Assembly (NCBI RefSeq): GCF_032062105.1
Contig: NW_026932876.1
Coordinates: 124,001-188,000, forward strand
DNA from: Saccostrea cucullata
Taxonomy: Eukaryota
DNA length: 64,000 nucleotides
Direction of reading: 5' to 3'
The position numbers and the translations under genes were made by a program. Numbering within the stretch: the first letter of the stretch is position 1; the number at the start of each line of letters is the position of its first letter. The notes beneath the pieces are model-generated. The model searched no databases and had not been told where the DNA came from. It worked only from the letters and a program-made list of their open reading frames with translations. Below, piece by piece: positions 29,151-40,834 of the stretch.

Positions 29151-29778
29151 AAAGACCAATTGACATTATTTTTGTTGTGTTACATACAGCACAGACAAGT
29201 AATTGGCGACAAAAGTGTAAGGGGGAGGGGGTATGCTCTCTTTTAAATCCGATTCGTTTTTCCCTTCAAATACGTTAGATCTGACGGGCACATAACATAA
29301 GGGTCAGCCCTCGATCCACCCTTCCTTTTTTTCGTTTCAAACATATTGTTCGAAAGGTTCATTGAAAGGCTTTACGTTTTAATTAAGATACTTTACAACC
29401 GCTTAAGTAAACAGTTTCATGTTATTTTAGTACATGTAATTACTAAAAATATCAATTCGTGAAAATTATTGTGCATTTATTTTTAATTTTTTTCGAGAAC
29501 AGTCTATTTATTTTTCAAAATCTGCCAGGTCCATCTCTAGGAATTAGATTTAGGCTTTTTGACAAAGGCGTCGAAACCGGGCGAGCGGTGCTTCTCAGGT
29601 TTTTTTAGGAGGTCTAAAAAAAAAATTTCTTAACCATAGCCCCCACTTTAATTTGCTTCCGACGCCCATGATAATTAAATATTTTCCGTCGTTTGGTATT
29701 AATTACCTTGTACATACAACATTCGTTTAAACTTAAAAATAAATTGAATTTCAATCGTTAAAATTTGAAGGTAAATGG

Positions 29779-30186
29779 TAGGGCTGGGCAATAATATCGA
29801 TATTTCAATATATTGCAATACAATGACAAAAAATATCGTATCGCAATACGATTTTGTAATATCGATGTATTGGCAATATGCTTAGATTAGGGAATTTTTT
29901 CATTAAATATAAAAATGGACTGATGAAAGTTTATTATTAAGCCAAACAGTAAGTCAGAAGTTGTTTTGTGGGAACATTTCAGAGCATAACTTAAATAAAA
30001 TCAACAATTTTTTTTTTTCGTGTTGGTTACTTATCATAAATATGTACATTCTGCATGTAAATTAAAGTAGATATAGTAGGAAAATGCCATTTTATTACAT
30101 TGAAAATATTGCAATACATATCGCAATACAGTTAAAAATATCGCAATATATCGCAATATGAAATCTCGGGCCAATACCCAGCCCTA
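29779..30186. mobile_element. hAT-family MITE
   Basis: TAGGGCTGGG...CCCAGCCCTA with a perfect 8-bp TSD GTAAATGG; ATCGCAATA repeats. Confidence 0.88.
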
Positions 30187-30911
30187 GTAAATGGACATGT
30201 CTTCCCACGCCTTCCCTCTTTATCTTTTCTCTCGAATATACGCATAAAGAGGGTATCCATTTTTCACCTGTATATTTTGTACCAAATTGCAACAATCTCA
30301 GCATGCATGACTTGGGTTGATACGCGTAACTAATAAATCTAATGATCAATGAATCATGCACTACTCGACTTTTATACTTGTTCGCAAATATGAAAAAAAA
30401 GTAAATTTTGCGATAATAGAATAAAATAATCGACCAATTAAAATATTCGTAATGGACTGAAAAAAATCTTTACATTTTTAAATTCAAGGTTAAAATAAAC
30501 TTTAAACTTTGCAGGTAACATTCAAGAAAACGACATCGGGACTGTCTACTCCATTTTTTTGAACCCCGAAAACAAGCTGTATGTTGCAGCTGACCAACTT
30601 TAGCGTGGGAGAGACGCGATCTCGGTTACGTCCTTTGATGTGGCGAGAATGTGACGTAGTATTTAAAGTTCTCGACAAGCAAAGCGTCAGCTCGTCACAA
30701 ACAATGTAATCCTTTAGGGGTTTTGCGATTTGCTATATATTGCAACAAAAAGTGGAGGAAAGCATCGGTCTTTCAATGAATTTTCTCAACAGTAAAAAGT
30801 TGGGGGGGGGGGGACTCTAATATTATATGTGTCTGGCTTATGCATTTTCCATATAAATAATGAAATGGACTATTAGGCTAGAGATCCACCATAATGTAAT
30901 AATGCTTATAG

Positions 30912-31252
30912 CAGGCACGTAGCAACAGGGGGGCAGGCCCCCCCCCCCCCCCCCCCACTTTTTCTCACAACATTACCTTTACTATTGAAAATGTCCATTG
31001 AAAGGTTGGTTGCTCCCCACCCCACCCCACTTTTTACCACTGTATAGTGATATCAACGGAGGGGGGGGGGGGGGAGGTAGGTAAACTTTTTCTCACTACT
31101 TTCAGTACCAGTTCTAATACTACATTTTCAGTACATCACTAAATATGGGGGGGGGGGCCAACCAGACTTTCTATTAACATTTCCTGTAGTATAAGTATGG
31201 TTGGGAAAAAAAGTGGGGGGCCAGCCCCCCACCCCCTGTTGCTACGCCCCTG
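30912..31252. mobile_element. G/C-run-rich hAT-like MITE
   Basis: CAGGCACGTAGCAACAGGGGG...CCCCCTGTTGCTACGCCCCTG; TSD not preserved. Confidence 0.55.
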
Positions 31253-32022
31253 ATAATCTGTAAATTTTTGTTTCCCACCTGATTTGTTCAGGTTCTTTTT
31301 TAAATTGTATTGACAAATAAGTTGAAGTTACAAAGCTTTCAAAGGGTTGGCTCAGGTCAAATTTTTAGGTCTTAAAGTGTTTATATTGATCTAGTTTGCA
31401 AAAACAACCCATCATTGGGCAAAATTTTGTAGTCTAAAGTCAAATAAATCGTTTCTAGGGCCAAAAAATTCAAAATTAAATGTGGCTGGCGTTTTACTTT
31501 GTGGTAGCAGTGATTAATACTAATATTGATTATAAATATTAACCGATTCTTACTTTTTGTTCTGTTCGTACACTTATTATAATATACTCACCTTTTCATC
31601 TCGGAAAAATAGAAAATTGAGTTATTTCCCTTTGTCATTAAAATTGATAAATGTTGCCATGTTGCTGTTTCTGATCTGATGCGGCGGTGCCCGAGAAACG
31701 AATGATGAATTTTTTGTTGTGGGGGGGCTAACAATTTTAGGCTTTCTGTTTTGCCTTTTTGGCTACTTATTAATCTGTTTGCCTGATTTTTTGCAGAAGG
31801 CACCAGATCCCACATTCCTGGGGTTCATGTTCTTCTCTCTGCTCATGAATCATTTTATTTATAAACTTGATAAGGCTGATTGATTTGGTCCATTGTTCAT
31901 TCATTTTCACCTTCTCCATCACAGCTATTATTAATTTATATACAAAATCAAAATAATTAAATCAATTTAATAAATATAATGTATAAAAATATATGGCATA
32001 AAAAACAGTTGTCCAGCAATGA

Positions 32023-35000
32023 TCACTTGGAGCTCTTGTTGGAGATTTGAGATGAAGAGGCTGACATCCGTGTGTTTGTAACCTGCTGAGATCTACAGTA
32101 AAATATACAGGGATTACATTAAACATGTTAAACTGCAATATGATTTTTAATTTGCCAGATACACAAAAGTTAAAAAGAGACATGTACAATCTCTGAAGAT
32201 TGAAAGTAATTTCCTGTATTTTCTAGTTAATATTGTCTTGTATCTAGAGGTATTGTGAACTCTGAGCTCACAAAATGATCACATTATAACCTTGCTTTAC
32301 AAGTGGGGAGAATAATGATATTAAAATGTCCCCATACTTAGCAGATGTTATAACAGGCTTCTTCTTGGCATTGGCTGCATTAGGTTGTGAGGCTGCTGGT
32401 TTTCTAAGAAAAGAATGGTTTGTCAGTTAAAATGACCATCAAGTATATATCTGACCACACATATATAAATTACACTCTACATGCAGTATAATAAAACCTC
32501 TGTATATTCTTTGAAATATGCAATGATACAAGAAGACAGAAGGGCTTACTTTTTGTCTGTTTTTCCTTTAAAGACTTTGCTGATATCAAGGACACTGCCA
32601 GATTTAGACACAGAAGGGATGGAATGAGCCTCACACAAAGATTCCTGGTCCAGCTCCAGTCGTGTGGGGGCATACATGTTAAACCATTGCTAAACAAAAT
32701 AGTATAGCAAGTTAGGCATTGTAAACTATTAGCATTGATACATAGCTTCATACATTAAATTTAAACTTTGTAAGATTGATTGTGCTGTACAGGTTGTAAA
32801 TTATGTAAAGTTGGTATAAATTTATCATTCAGCTCGATCTGAGTATTAAGTGATTTTATGACATAGAGTTCTTGATAGAGCAGGGAGTCTATAGATTGAG
32901 CATAAACTGTAACATTCCAATACCAGTGAGTTTATTACCTGAGATAATTGACACCACCCGATGTCTTTCATTGAGTCATACAGATCTATATCATCAAAGT
33001 TTGAAACTGGTCCTGCTGAGAAAGCCCTTGTCCAGGATTTATATCTATGTGCGGGAAGGGGGAGGGGGCTACTTGAACTTGCTGACATACAGTAGTTCTT
33101 TATCATTAAGTTTATACCTGAGCTTGTTGACTTAGTCCTATATCATTGAGTCTATATCTGAGCTTGCTGACATAGTCCTTTATCATTGAGTTTATACCTG
33201 ACCTTGTTGACTTAGTCCTTTATCATTGAGTTTATAACCAGAGCTTGCTGACTTAGTCCTTTATCATTGAGTCTATACCTGAGCTTGCTGACATAGTCCT
33301 TTATTATTGAGTTTATACCTGGGCTTGCTGACATAGTCCTTTATCATTGAGTCTATACCTGAGCTTGCTGACATAGTCCTATATCATTGAGTCTATACCT
33401 GAGCTTGCTGACATAGTCCTATATCATTGAGTTTATACCTGAGATTGTTGATGTTGTCCTTTATCACTGAGTTTATACCTGAGCTTGCTGACATAGTCCT
33501 TTATCGTTGAGTCTATACCAGCTGAGCTTGCTGACATAGTCCTTTATCACTGAGTTTATACCTGAGCTTGCTGACTTAGTCTTTTATCATTGAGTCTATA
33601 CCTGAGCTTGCTGACATAGTCCTTTATCATTGAGTCTATACCAGCTGAGCTTGCTGACATAGTCCTTTATCACTGAGTTTATACCTGAGCTTGCTGACAT
33701 AGTCCTTTATCGTTGAGTCTATACCAGCTGAGCTTGCTCCACTTTTAGTCCTTTATCACTGAGTTTATAAATGAGCTTGCTAAAAATCAGTCTTTTATCT
33801 ATTAAAATTTATACCTGAGCTTGCTGACAAAGTCCTTTATCATGAGTCTATACCAGCTGAAGATTTGTAAAGTTTTATCACTGAGTTTATAATTGAGCTT
33901 TTTTTCCTTTATCATTAAACCAGCTGAGCTTGCTGAACTCATAAAATCCTTTATCATGTTTATAATAACTTGCTACTATTAAATTTAAATGGTAAAAACT
34001 TTTATACCCCACAAACATGACAAGTCCTAAAAATCATTAATCTATAAATGTAGCTTGAGACAATTTTTTGTCTCTGCTACTGCCACTGAGGAAGCCCGAG
34101 GTGCATCAGTAACAGTCTATAGTAGGCAATGAAGGAGTCAGTCAGAAAGTGCCACCTTAAGGCTCGGTCAAGGAACCAAATCTCCACTTTTGGCTCATTC
34201 CCTCCTATTGTAGGTTAAAATGTAAACATATCAGTAAAAATCAATCTTTCTTCTATTAAAATTTAAACAGCTTTCCCTGAACTAAAAGCTCTTCATAAAA
34301 AGGAAGATATTGTAAAGTTGAATATTCTGGTTTTAATTCAATTTTTTTCCCCATTAAATCTGTGATCTTGATTGAACTCATAAAATAAAATGTGGTCATG
34401 TTTATAATAACTTATACTAATTAAATTTAAATGGTAAAAACTTTTTACCCCATAAACATGACAAGTATCTAAAAATATGATATCTATAAATCTAAAGGGT
34501 GGAATCAATAATTTGACAAAAGATTTTTAAGACCAGCATTTCCCCAAGAAAAGTAAGGAAAAAGGGGCAGACAATCCTTGAAGAAGAGAATCCCTAATAC
34601 CAACATGATATGCATTCAACTCATTAATCCTGAAATTATTATTATCTTCTCAGTTCTGATCAAAAACTTGCATTAATATTATTTCTTTTTTATTAGCATA
34701 CACAGATATAATTTAGTTGACAATGATACATTGCTATATGAGGCTTCATATAGTAATAGCCGGAAACTGGTGAAAGTCTGAAATGCTCATATTATACAAT
34801 GGCTTAATTTAAAAAATAAATGCCAAAAAAAACTTTGGTTAAGTTTTCAAAATGAAAATAAGCTTTTTTTTGTATGTTAAATAAGATAAATAATATATAT
34901 GAAGAAAAAAAACTTGCTTGTATTCAATGGTAATATAATCACATTAAGATACACATTAAATCAATGCAGGAAGATATGGTCACCCCAAGGGGCAAATCTA

Positions 35001-38000
35001 CAGCATAAAATGACTCAATTTCTCAATTATAATTCAGAATAATGTAGGTTCTTTTTGTATGCAAACAGTTTATTTTATTGTCTTTAGATATAAAGTAATT
35101 TATAAATCTGCTAGATTATAATGACTGATCCCCACATACTATATTAACATATGATGTAAACAAAATGAGTATGAATTACAAGTGCTATATACATTTGACA
35201 AAACAAGGTACACAAGTGCCAATAATCCACAAAGGTTAGTAGGTCAAATAAATTTCAAGTTAATTTTAATTGCTTTAGTTCATATACAATTTCATATATT
35301 TGTTTAACTTTAAAAGAAATGATTTTACTTGTGGCTTATAACTTATTTGAAGATGACTTGAAACAGGTTTAGCTCAATGAAATTAAACAAGGATATCGGA
35401 TATGAAATCAGATCAAACAAAGACATTTATTTGACCTAAAAATTTGGATACAAAAGGAAATTTGCTGGCCATTTCTGCAAGATAAAGTGTCACAAGTCAC
35501 ACAAAGTTGGGAAAAAATTGTCAGATATTTAAAAGATAAAGAAAAGCTTTAACTGCAACATGACACACATCAGAGATTCTAATTTGTTGATGTGTGACCT
35601 GGACTTTACCATGCCCAAAAAGCCGGGGGAAAACTAAGGTATAGGTTAAAGTCATACCAAACCGCACTAGTTCTGATGTGTATTTGCCATCAAATAATTC
35701 ATTGGCATCAATATAGGACATTCCTGGGAAATCACAAGCCAGTGTTAAAGAGTTAGAAATGATCAATAATTTGTCAGAATATTATTGTGGGACTCATATT
35801 AAAAAAAAGCTTCCCTTCATTCTTTCGAGAAAACGGGATATTTTTCTGTTAATAGGATATTTCACAGCAAAATAAATTTTACATGCATGCATGCACATAT
35901 TAGAAAACAAATGAAGTTTAATTTCCATAAAACCATTCACATTCAAAACCTTTATTGAGGAATGATGAATAATTTTGTGTTTATACAAGGCTATGGTAAT
36001 ATAAAAGATAATAAAATAACAATGACACAATATTTGCTAATTAACAGACATGTACTAATGTTCTCTGGATTTCACATGAATCTTTGTGCGAGAAACAAGG
36101 GACACAAATAAAACAATGTATTGAGCATGGTTGACTGTGAAGAGTTACCTGTCTTGCTTTCTTTGAACACGAGACAAACTCTGCCATATCCATCACATGG
36201 ATCCAGCTCAAACACCTTACACCTGTTGTCAAAGGTAGGCTTCTCTAAACCTAAGGAAATCAGAGTTCTTACGAAAAAAAGGATCTAAAGAAATCAAAAG
36301 TTTTACCAAAGTAAGGGAAAAAAGATTGATTGAAGAAAAAAGTTGTAGTTTATTTTATTTTTGCTCTTTTTCAAGCAAAACTCAATAATATATAGGTTTT
36401 CTCTGGATGTTCATGTAATTTTATGTATGGCAGTTTCACTTATATTACTTTCAACACTTGGTTCAGTAGTATACATATATCATCAAAAACTTTATTTCAT
36501 AAAAATAAGTTATGAATCATTGAATATAAGCATTTATCACCGTGTATGACAAACAAAAATCTTAATGCATTTATTTAACTATGCATTCCTTGTCATCACA
36601 TTTATACTTACTAAAGATTAGTAAGTAAGAATTTGATCTTCCCCACTGCCCTTGCCTCACCTGAAGCCTGATCCTCTGTGTCCGAGTCCCCCTCCAGATC
36701 GGCCAGGGTGGGGTTAACATGACTCGGGGCGATACTGCCTCCTATACGGGTTAACTGACTGAGTCTGTTTATATGGAGCTTCCCAAGAGGAATAGGTCCA
36801 TCTGGTCCAAAGGGAGGTAAATCAAAGATGCATAAACAATAAACAACAATGACAAGGTACAATCCTCTTCAAGCTTATTACTAAATTGATTCTCCATTAA
36901 AGTAACTGTGTTTTTGCTTTTGAATGCTGTAAAGCAAAACTTTTGATGTTTACTTCAGTTCTTTTTAACTGTCTTTAATAGAATATCTTTCAACTCTTAA
37001 TTTAATGTCACAGATAAACATCTCTTCTGTTTTATCATTTCTATATTATATATTATTGTTACTTTTCTGTATTGCAGTAAATAAACTACCTAAAGTTTAT
37101 TGATGCTTAAGTATATAAGTTTTGGTACAGAATTCTTGAATAGAAAAATAAAACTGTCACAGTATCACTGTAGAAGCAAAAATTTACATGGGGATAAAAT
37201 TTCCTTGATTTCTTATCTAAAAATGAGTGGTAAACATGTGTACTAAATTTTCTTGTTTCAAAAGTAACCCTATATCAATATACTCACATAAAAATTTTGT
37301 GGCAAATTTAATTTAGATCGCAATTGTTAACAATGAAATAAAAAAAAATTGACAATGAATGCTTCTGCTTTTACAATAGATAAACATAATTGCTATCTGT
37401 CTGCTCTGACACTTACTATCCATTTTTACACACCATGTCAACTTATATCCATCAGTAGTCAGGTAGAAATTCTTTAGATCCTCTGGCAGAAAACAGGTGT
37501 TTCTCTGTAAATAGGATAGGTTACCATTTTATATGTACATCGATCACTTTTATCAGATATCAATGGCTACCTATTGGGTATGTTTCCAAAAAATATTACA
37601 AGATGCAAAAGATTTTGATTTTCAGTGCACCAATAAAACTGTACATAAATAGTAAATTTATCATTATTATTTTTGTTTTGTTTTCTTCCATTAATAAAAG
37701 TTTACTTATGGATCATGTGATCGTTAAATACTCTAGCAAGGTGCTTCCAATTATTTCTCTTACAGAACAGATAAAAAGCATCCTACTGAAATTCAGAATA
37801 TATATAGCATGAACATATAGCATAAAACTAGTGAAAATATAACACAAATAGATCTGTACAAAACAAAATAGACATATCAACATATAGAAAAAAAATAATT
37901 ATAGTGAGAATAAATAGATCTGTACCAAATAAATTATCAAAATTACTCTTACATTGGAATTCAATTACTGAATGCAATGTCTTTCAAATTTAGTTGCTGT

Positions 38001-40369
38001 TTATTCTATGAATCTTTTTGGCAGACTTCATAATATTTACTTTGAACAAGTTATAGTCAACAAGGAAGTTTACCATAGTGTCAAACTCCAAAAAATTGCT
38101 ATGAAGAAAAATATAAAGTGGAATATTCCACCTTGCTAAGTTCCCATAAGATATTGCAGAAGTTATATGAATTTCCAGGCTTGTTTCATCTGAGCAGAAA
38201 CATCTTACCTGCTCCCACATAAGAACAGCATGCCTGTCTGCTGGGGGTCTCTGGTCTAAATCAACTTTACTAATTCCATTTTTCTTTCCTGAAATAAATA
38301 AACTTCCTTATCAAAGTTGGGTATTTCAATCCTTCTCAAGCATCAAAGTTTAATCAGGAACCAATATGCAAATGGATTGGAAGCACAGGTGCTTGTTTCA
38401 TACAGTAGGCTAGTTTTCTACTATATGATAGCAAGCGCAGCGCGAAGCGATGCTCGTCACTGCAAGCTTGTGCAAAGAGAAAATTCGGACTACTGAACAT
38501 TCATTCGATAGAATTTTTTGACGCAGTAATTTGGACCCACAATGCATCACTTGTTAAAGCTATGTTCTCACGAGAATAGCAGCAAAAGTTCAACTAAAAG
38601 TAAACATGCCCTGATTTAATGGATAAATATTGAAGATAAATAGTAAACGAAACGTTCTTCACTTAATTTCTTTCAGCACTGTTCAGGCTTCTTTTTGGAA
38701 ATGTAACTTACATACGACGTCCTGTGACGTCAGAGTCTAGACGCACCAAATGTCACGTGAAGTTTGACGAGCCCAATCTAAATTATAACAAAATAAATAT
38801 CTGCGCTCGCCATAACGGTTGCACTGTCAACATATTATAGTAGAAAACTAGCCTACTGTATAAAACAAGTGCCTGTGATTGGAAGACTTAACTTAATTAA
38901 ACTTGATTTCACATCTTCAGTCCCTACAACTTCATATTGTAGTGGACAATAACTCAATGTTACATTTTATTTATCATAATAAAATAAAGCGCACACAGTT
39001 TATTGTATATAAATGAGTCAATAATTTAAAAAAAAGTGATGGGACATCTTTAGTTTTAGAGTGTGACTAAAATGGGTAGCGAAACCCGGGCCGGGCCGGG
39101 ATTTTCGATAACGAAAACCGGGTTTTTGATAATCACGAAATAAATACTCATTCTTTCTTCATGAAATTTATGGACATAGTTAATTATTCTAGGATTGGCC
39201 TTCGCTGAAAGTTTTAGATCAAAATGTTGTGGTTTTTAATGATTATCACAGATTGTCCTTTTCCAAGTGACTAAAATGGGTAGCGAGCCCGGATTACTCA
39301 TTTTGGCGATTTAAACTTAATTTCGGCAGCATATTTACAATTATTTCATTTGGATCTTTGAAATTGAACTTAAACTACCTAAAACATTTAACTGTTGCAG
39401 TAATAAATCACGATTATTGAAAATATACGCATTTTTTGAACACACAGGATTGGTCCAAACCGGACACGTTCACCCGGGAAAAACCTTTTATTTCCGAAAT
39501 ACTTATCAGATAATGACATATAGTTGAAATATAAATGACTCTTTTTTGATTTGCATATTTTTATTAATTTTTTCCAATTTATTTCTTAGATGTATCTCGG
39601 TCAGGGTCTGAAAAAATCTACATTCTTTCTCTGGCAATCCGGAATTATTAATTTGTCCCGGGCAAACGCGTCCGGTTTTGACCTGTCCCGGGTCTATGAA
39701 AAATGACAAAAACCCTAATAATTGACATTTAATTTCATAATTATTCAACAATTTAACTATTTGAAGTTAATAAACAACCATTAAATGCAAATATCACAAA
39801 CACTTTCGATGCATTAAGCTTAAAATCGCCAAAATGAGTAAACCGGGCTCGCTACCCATTTTAGTCACCTGGAAAAGGACAATCGGCGATAATCATCGAA
39901 AAACAAAACATTTTGACTTAAAATTATCAGCGAAGGCAAAACCTATACTTATAAACTATGTCTGTAAATTTCGTGAAGAAACAGAATGAGTATTTAACTC
40001 GTAATTATCAAAAACCCGGCTCTCAGTTTTGAAATTCCCGGCCCGGCCCGGGTTTCGCTACCCATTTTAGTCACACTCTTAGTTTTAATTTTTATAACCA
40101 ATCATCAGTTGGTAGGCTATTGGTTGTCGCATAGCTCACAGCTTGGTCAACATGGTCAATAGTATGATTTCTATTATCTTTAGGCTATTTCTAACTTTAT
40201 TGATAAAATTGCTAGAAATTAAGAAATCTCAAAGACGTTCGAAAGCTATCGAAACAATTCATGTATAAAAATAGACTGTCAAATCATCGTCTGATAATGT
40301 ACCTAAGTACTGTATAATGCCAACATTTAGCTGATCCAAAAGGCTTCTCGTTTTAGCAAGATCTTCCAT
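32023..40369 (-). CDS. TPGS2: Tubulin polyglutamylase complex subunit 2; coding exons 40303-40369, 38209-38288, 37417-37504, 36661-36801, 36149-36250, ~34040-34204 (3' end corrupted), 32550-32689, 32338-32403, 32023-32092
   Basis: Spliced translation gives MEDLAKTRSLLDQLNVGIIQYLG..RPPADRHAVLMWEQ/RNTCFLPEDLKNFYLTTDGYKLTWCVKMD/..IPLGKLHIN..PTLADLE/..EKPTFDNRCKVFELDPCDGYGRVCLVF/..EIWFLDRALRWHFLTDSFIAYYRLLLMHLGLPQWQ/QWFNMYAP..SKVFK, all TPGS2 motifs in order. Introns are GT-AG with compatible phases except the missing exon-6 donor. Confidence 0.93.
33075..33740. repeat. 40-bp minisatellite (43-bp variants), ~16 units, in TPGS2 intron 6
   Basis: Unit CCTGAGCTTGCTGACATAGTCCTTTATCATTGAGT(C/T)TATA. 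Confidence 0.95.
38384..38877. mobile_element. MITE with 8-bp TSD (P-element- or hAT-like) in TPGS2 intron 1
   Basis: CACAGGTGCTTGTTTCATACAGTAGGCTAGTTTTCTACTATA...TATAGTAGAAAACTAGCCTACTGTATAAAACAAGTGCCTGTG, flanked by ATTGGAAG on both sides. Confidence 0.88.
39059..40078. mobile_element. Mutator (MULE)-like non-autonomous element with long TIRs in TPGS2 intron 1
   Basis: GAGTGTGACTAAAATGGGTAGCGAAACCCGGGCCGGGCCGGGA at the left end and its reverse complement at the right; 9-bp TSD TTAGTTTTA; inverted similarity extends >250 bp. Confidence 0.88.
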
Positions 40370-40399
40370 CTAAATTAAAATTTGGGTATCCATCGGATT

Positions 40400-40660
40400 G
40401 TTTACAAATCTATGACAATAAACATGTTGAGTATGGTGGTAAAAATGGCGCCCTTTAAAACGTTTACGAGATAGCGATGTGTTGCAAATACTTGGATAAC
40501 GACCCCGAAGAAAAATGCGACCCATTAATTTTAATTAATGATATTTTTCAGGAAAAAACTATATAACATTGACATGTCGGTGGGGGTGGGGGTGGGGGGT
40601 TGATGAAAAGTCAGTTTCCCAAAATTAGAAATGTGTTGTGTTCATCGTGACGTCAGTAGT
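40400..40660. promoter_or_regulatory. Likely TPGS2 promoter/5' UTR region
   Basis: YY1-like AAAATGGCG (40442) and CRE palindrome TGACGTCA (~40648). An acceptor-like TTTAG directly before the ATG implies a non-coding upstream exon. Confidence 0.4.
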
Positions 40661-40834
40661 TTTCTTAAGAAAAACCACTAATATTGTGTTTCCAACTTTC
40701 AATGTAGATTATTTCCTATATGGACACAATCAGCCTGTGGTTCCACAGGCACTTATTTCGTATACGGGGTACCCCTTATAAGTAGGGATGCCCTTATACG
40801 AAACAACAAGGTGTGTCGTTCCCCCAATTTCCCA

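Larger units (their letters stand above)
27522..30734. mobile_element. 3.2-kb non-autonomous DNA transposon with ~150-bp near-perfect TIRs (possibly PIF/Harbinger-ISL2EU group)
   Basis: 27522-27675 (AGCAAATCGCAAAACCCCTAAAGGATTACATTG...CAGCTGCA) is the reverse complement of 30580-30734 with few differences; no intact transposase inside. Confidence 0.8.

Noticed and set aside
31588-31850. Possible extra minus-strand exon ending AAG|GTGAGT downstream of TPGS2
   Set aside because: TPGS2 already stops at 32023; no recognisable protein similarity or consistent frame. May be UTR.
33075-33740. CRISPR-like regular array
   Set aside because: Units are contiguous with no unique spacers and no cas genes, in a eukaryotic intron: a minisatellite.
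34077-34079. In-frame TAG in TPGS2 as stop read-through or recoding
   Set aside because: Sequence beyond it is scrambled and the donor is missing, so a consensus artefact explains it better.
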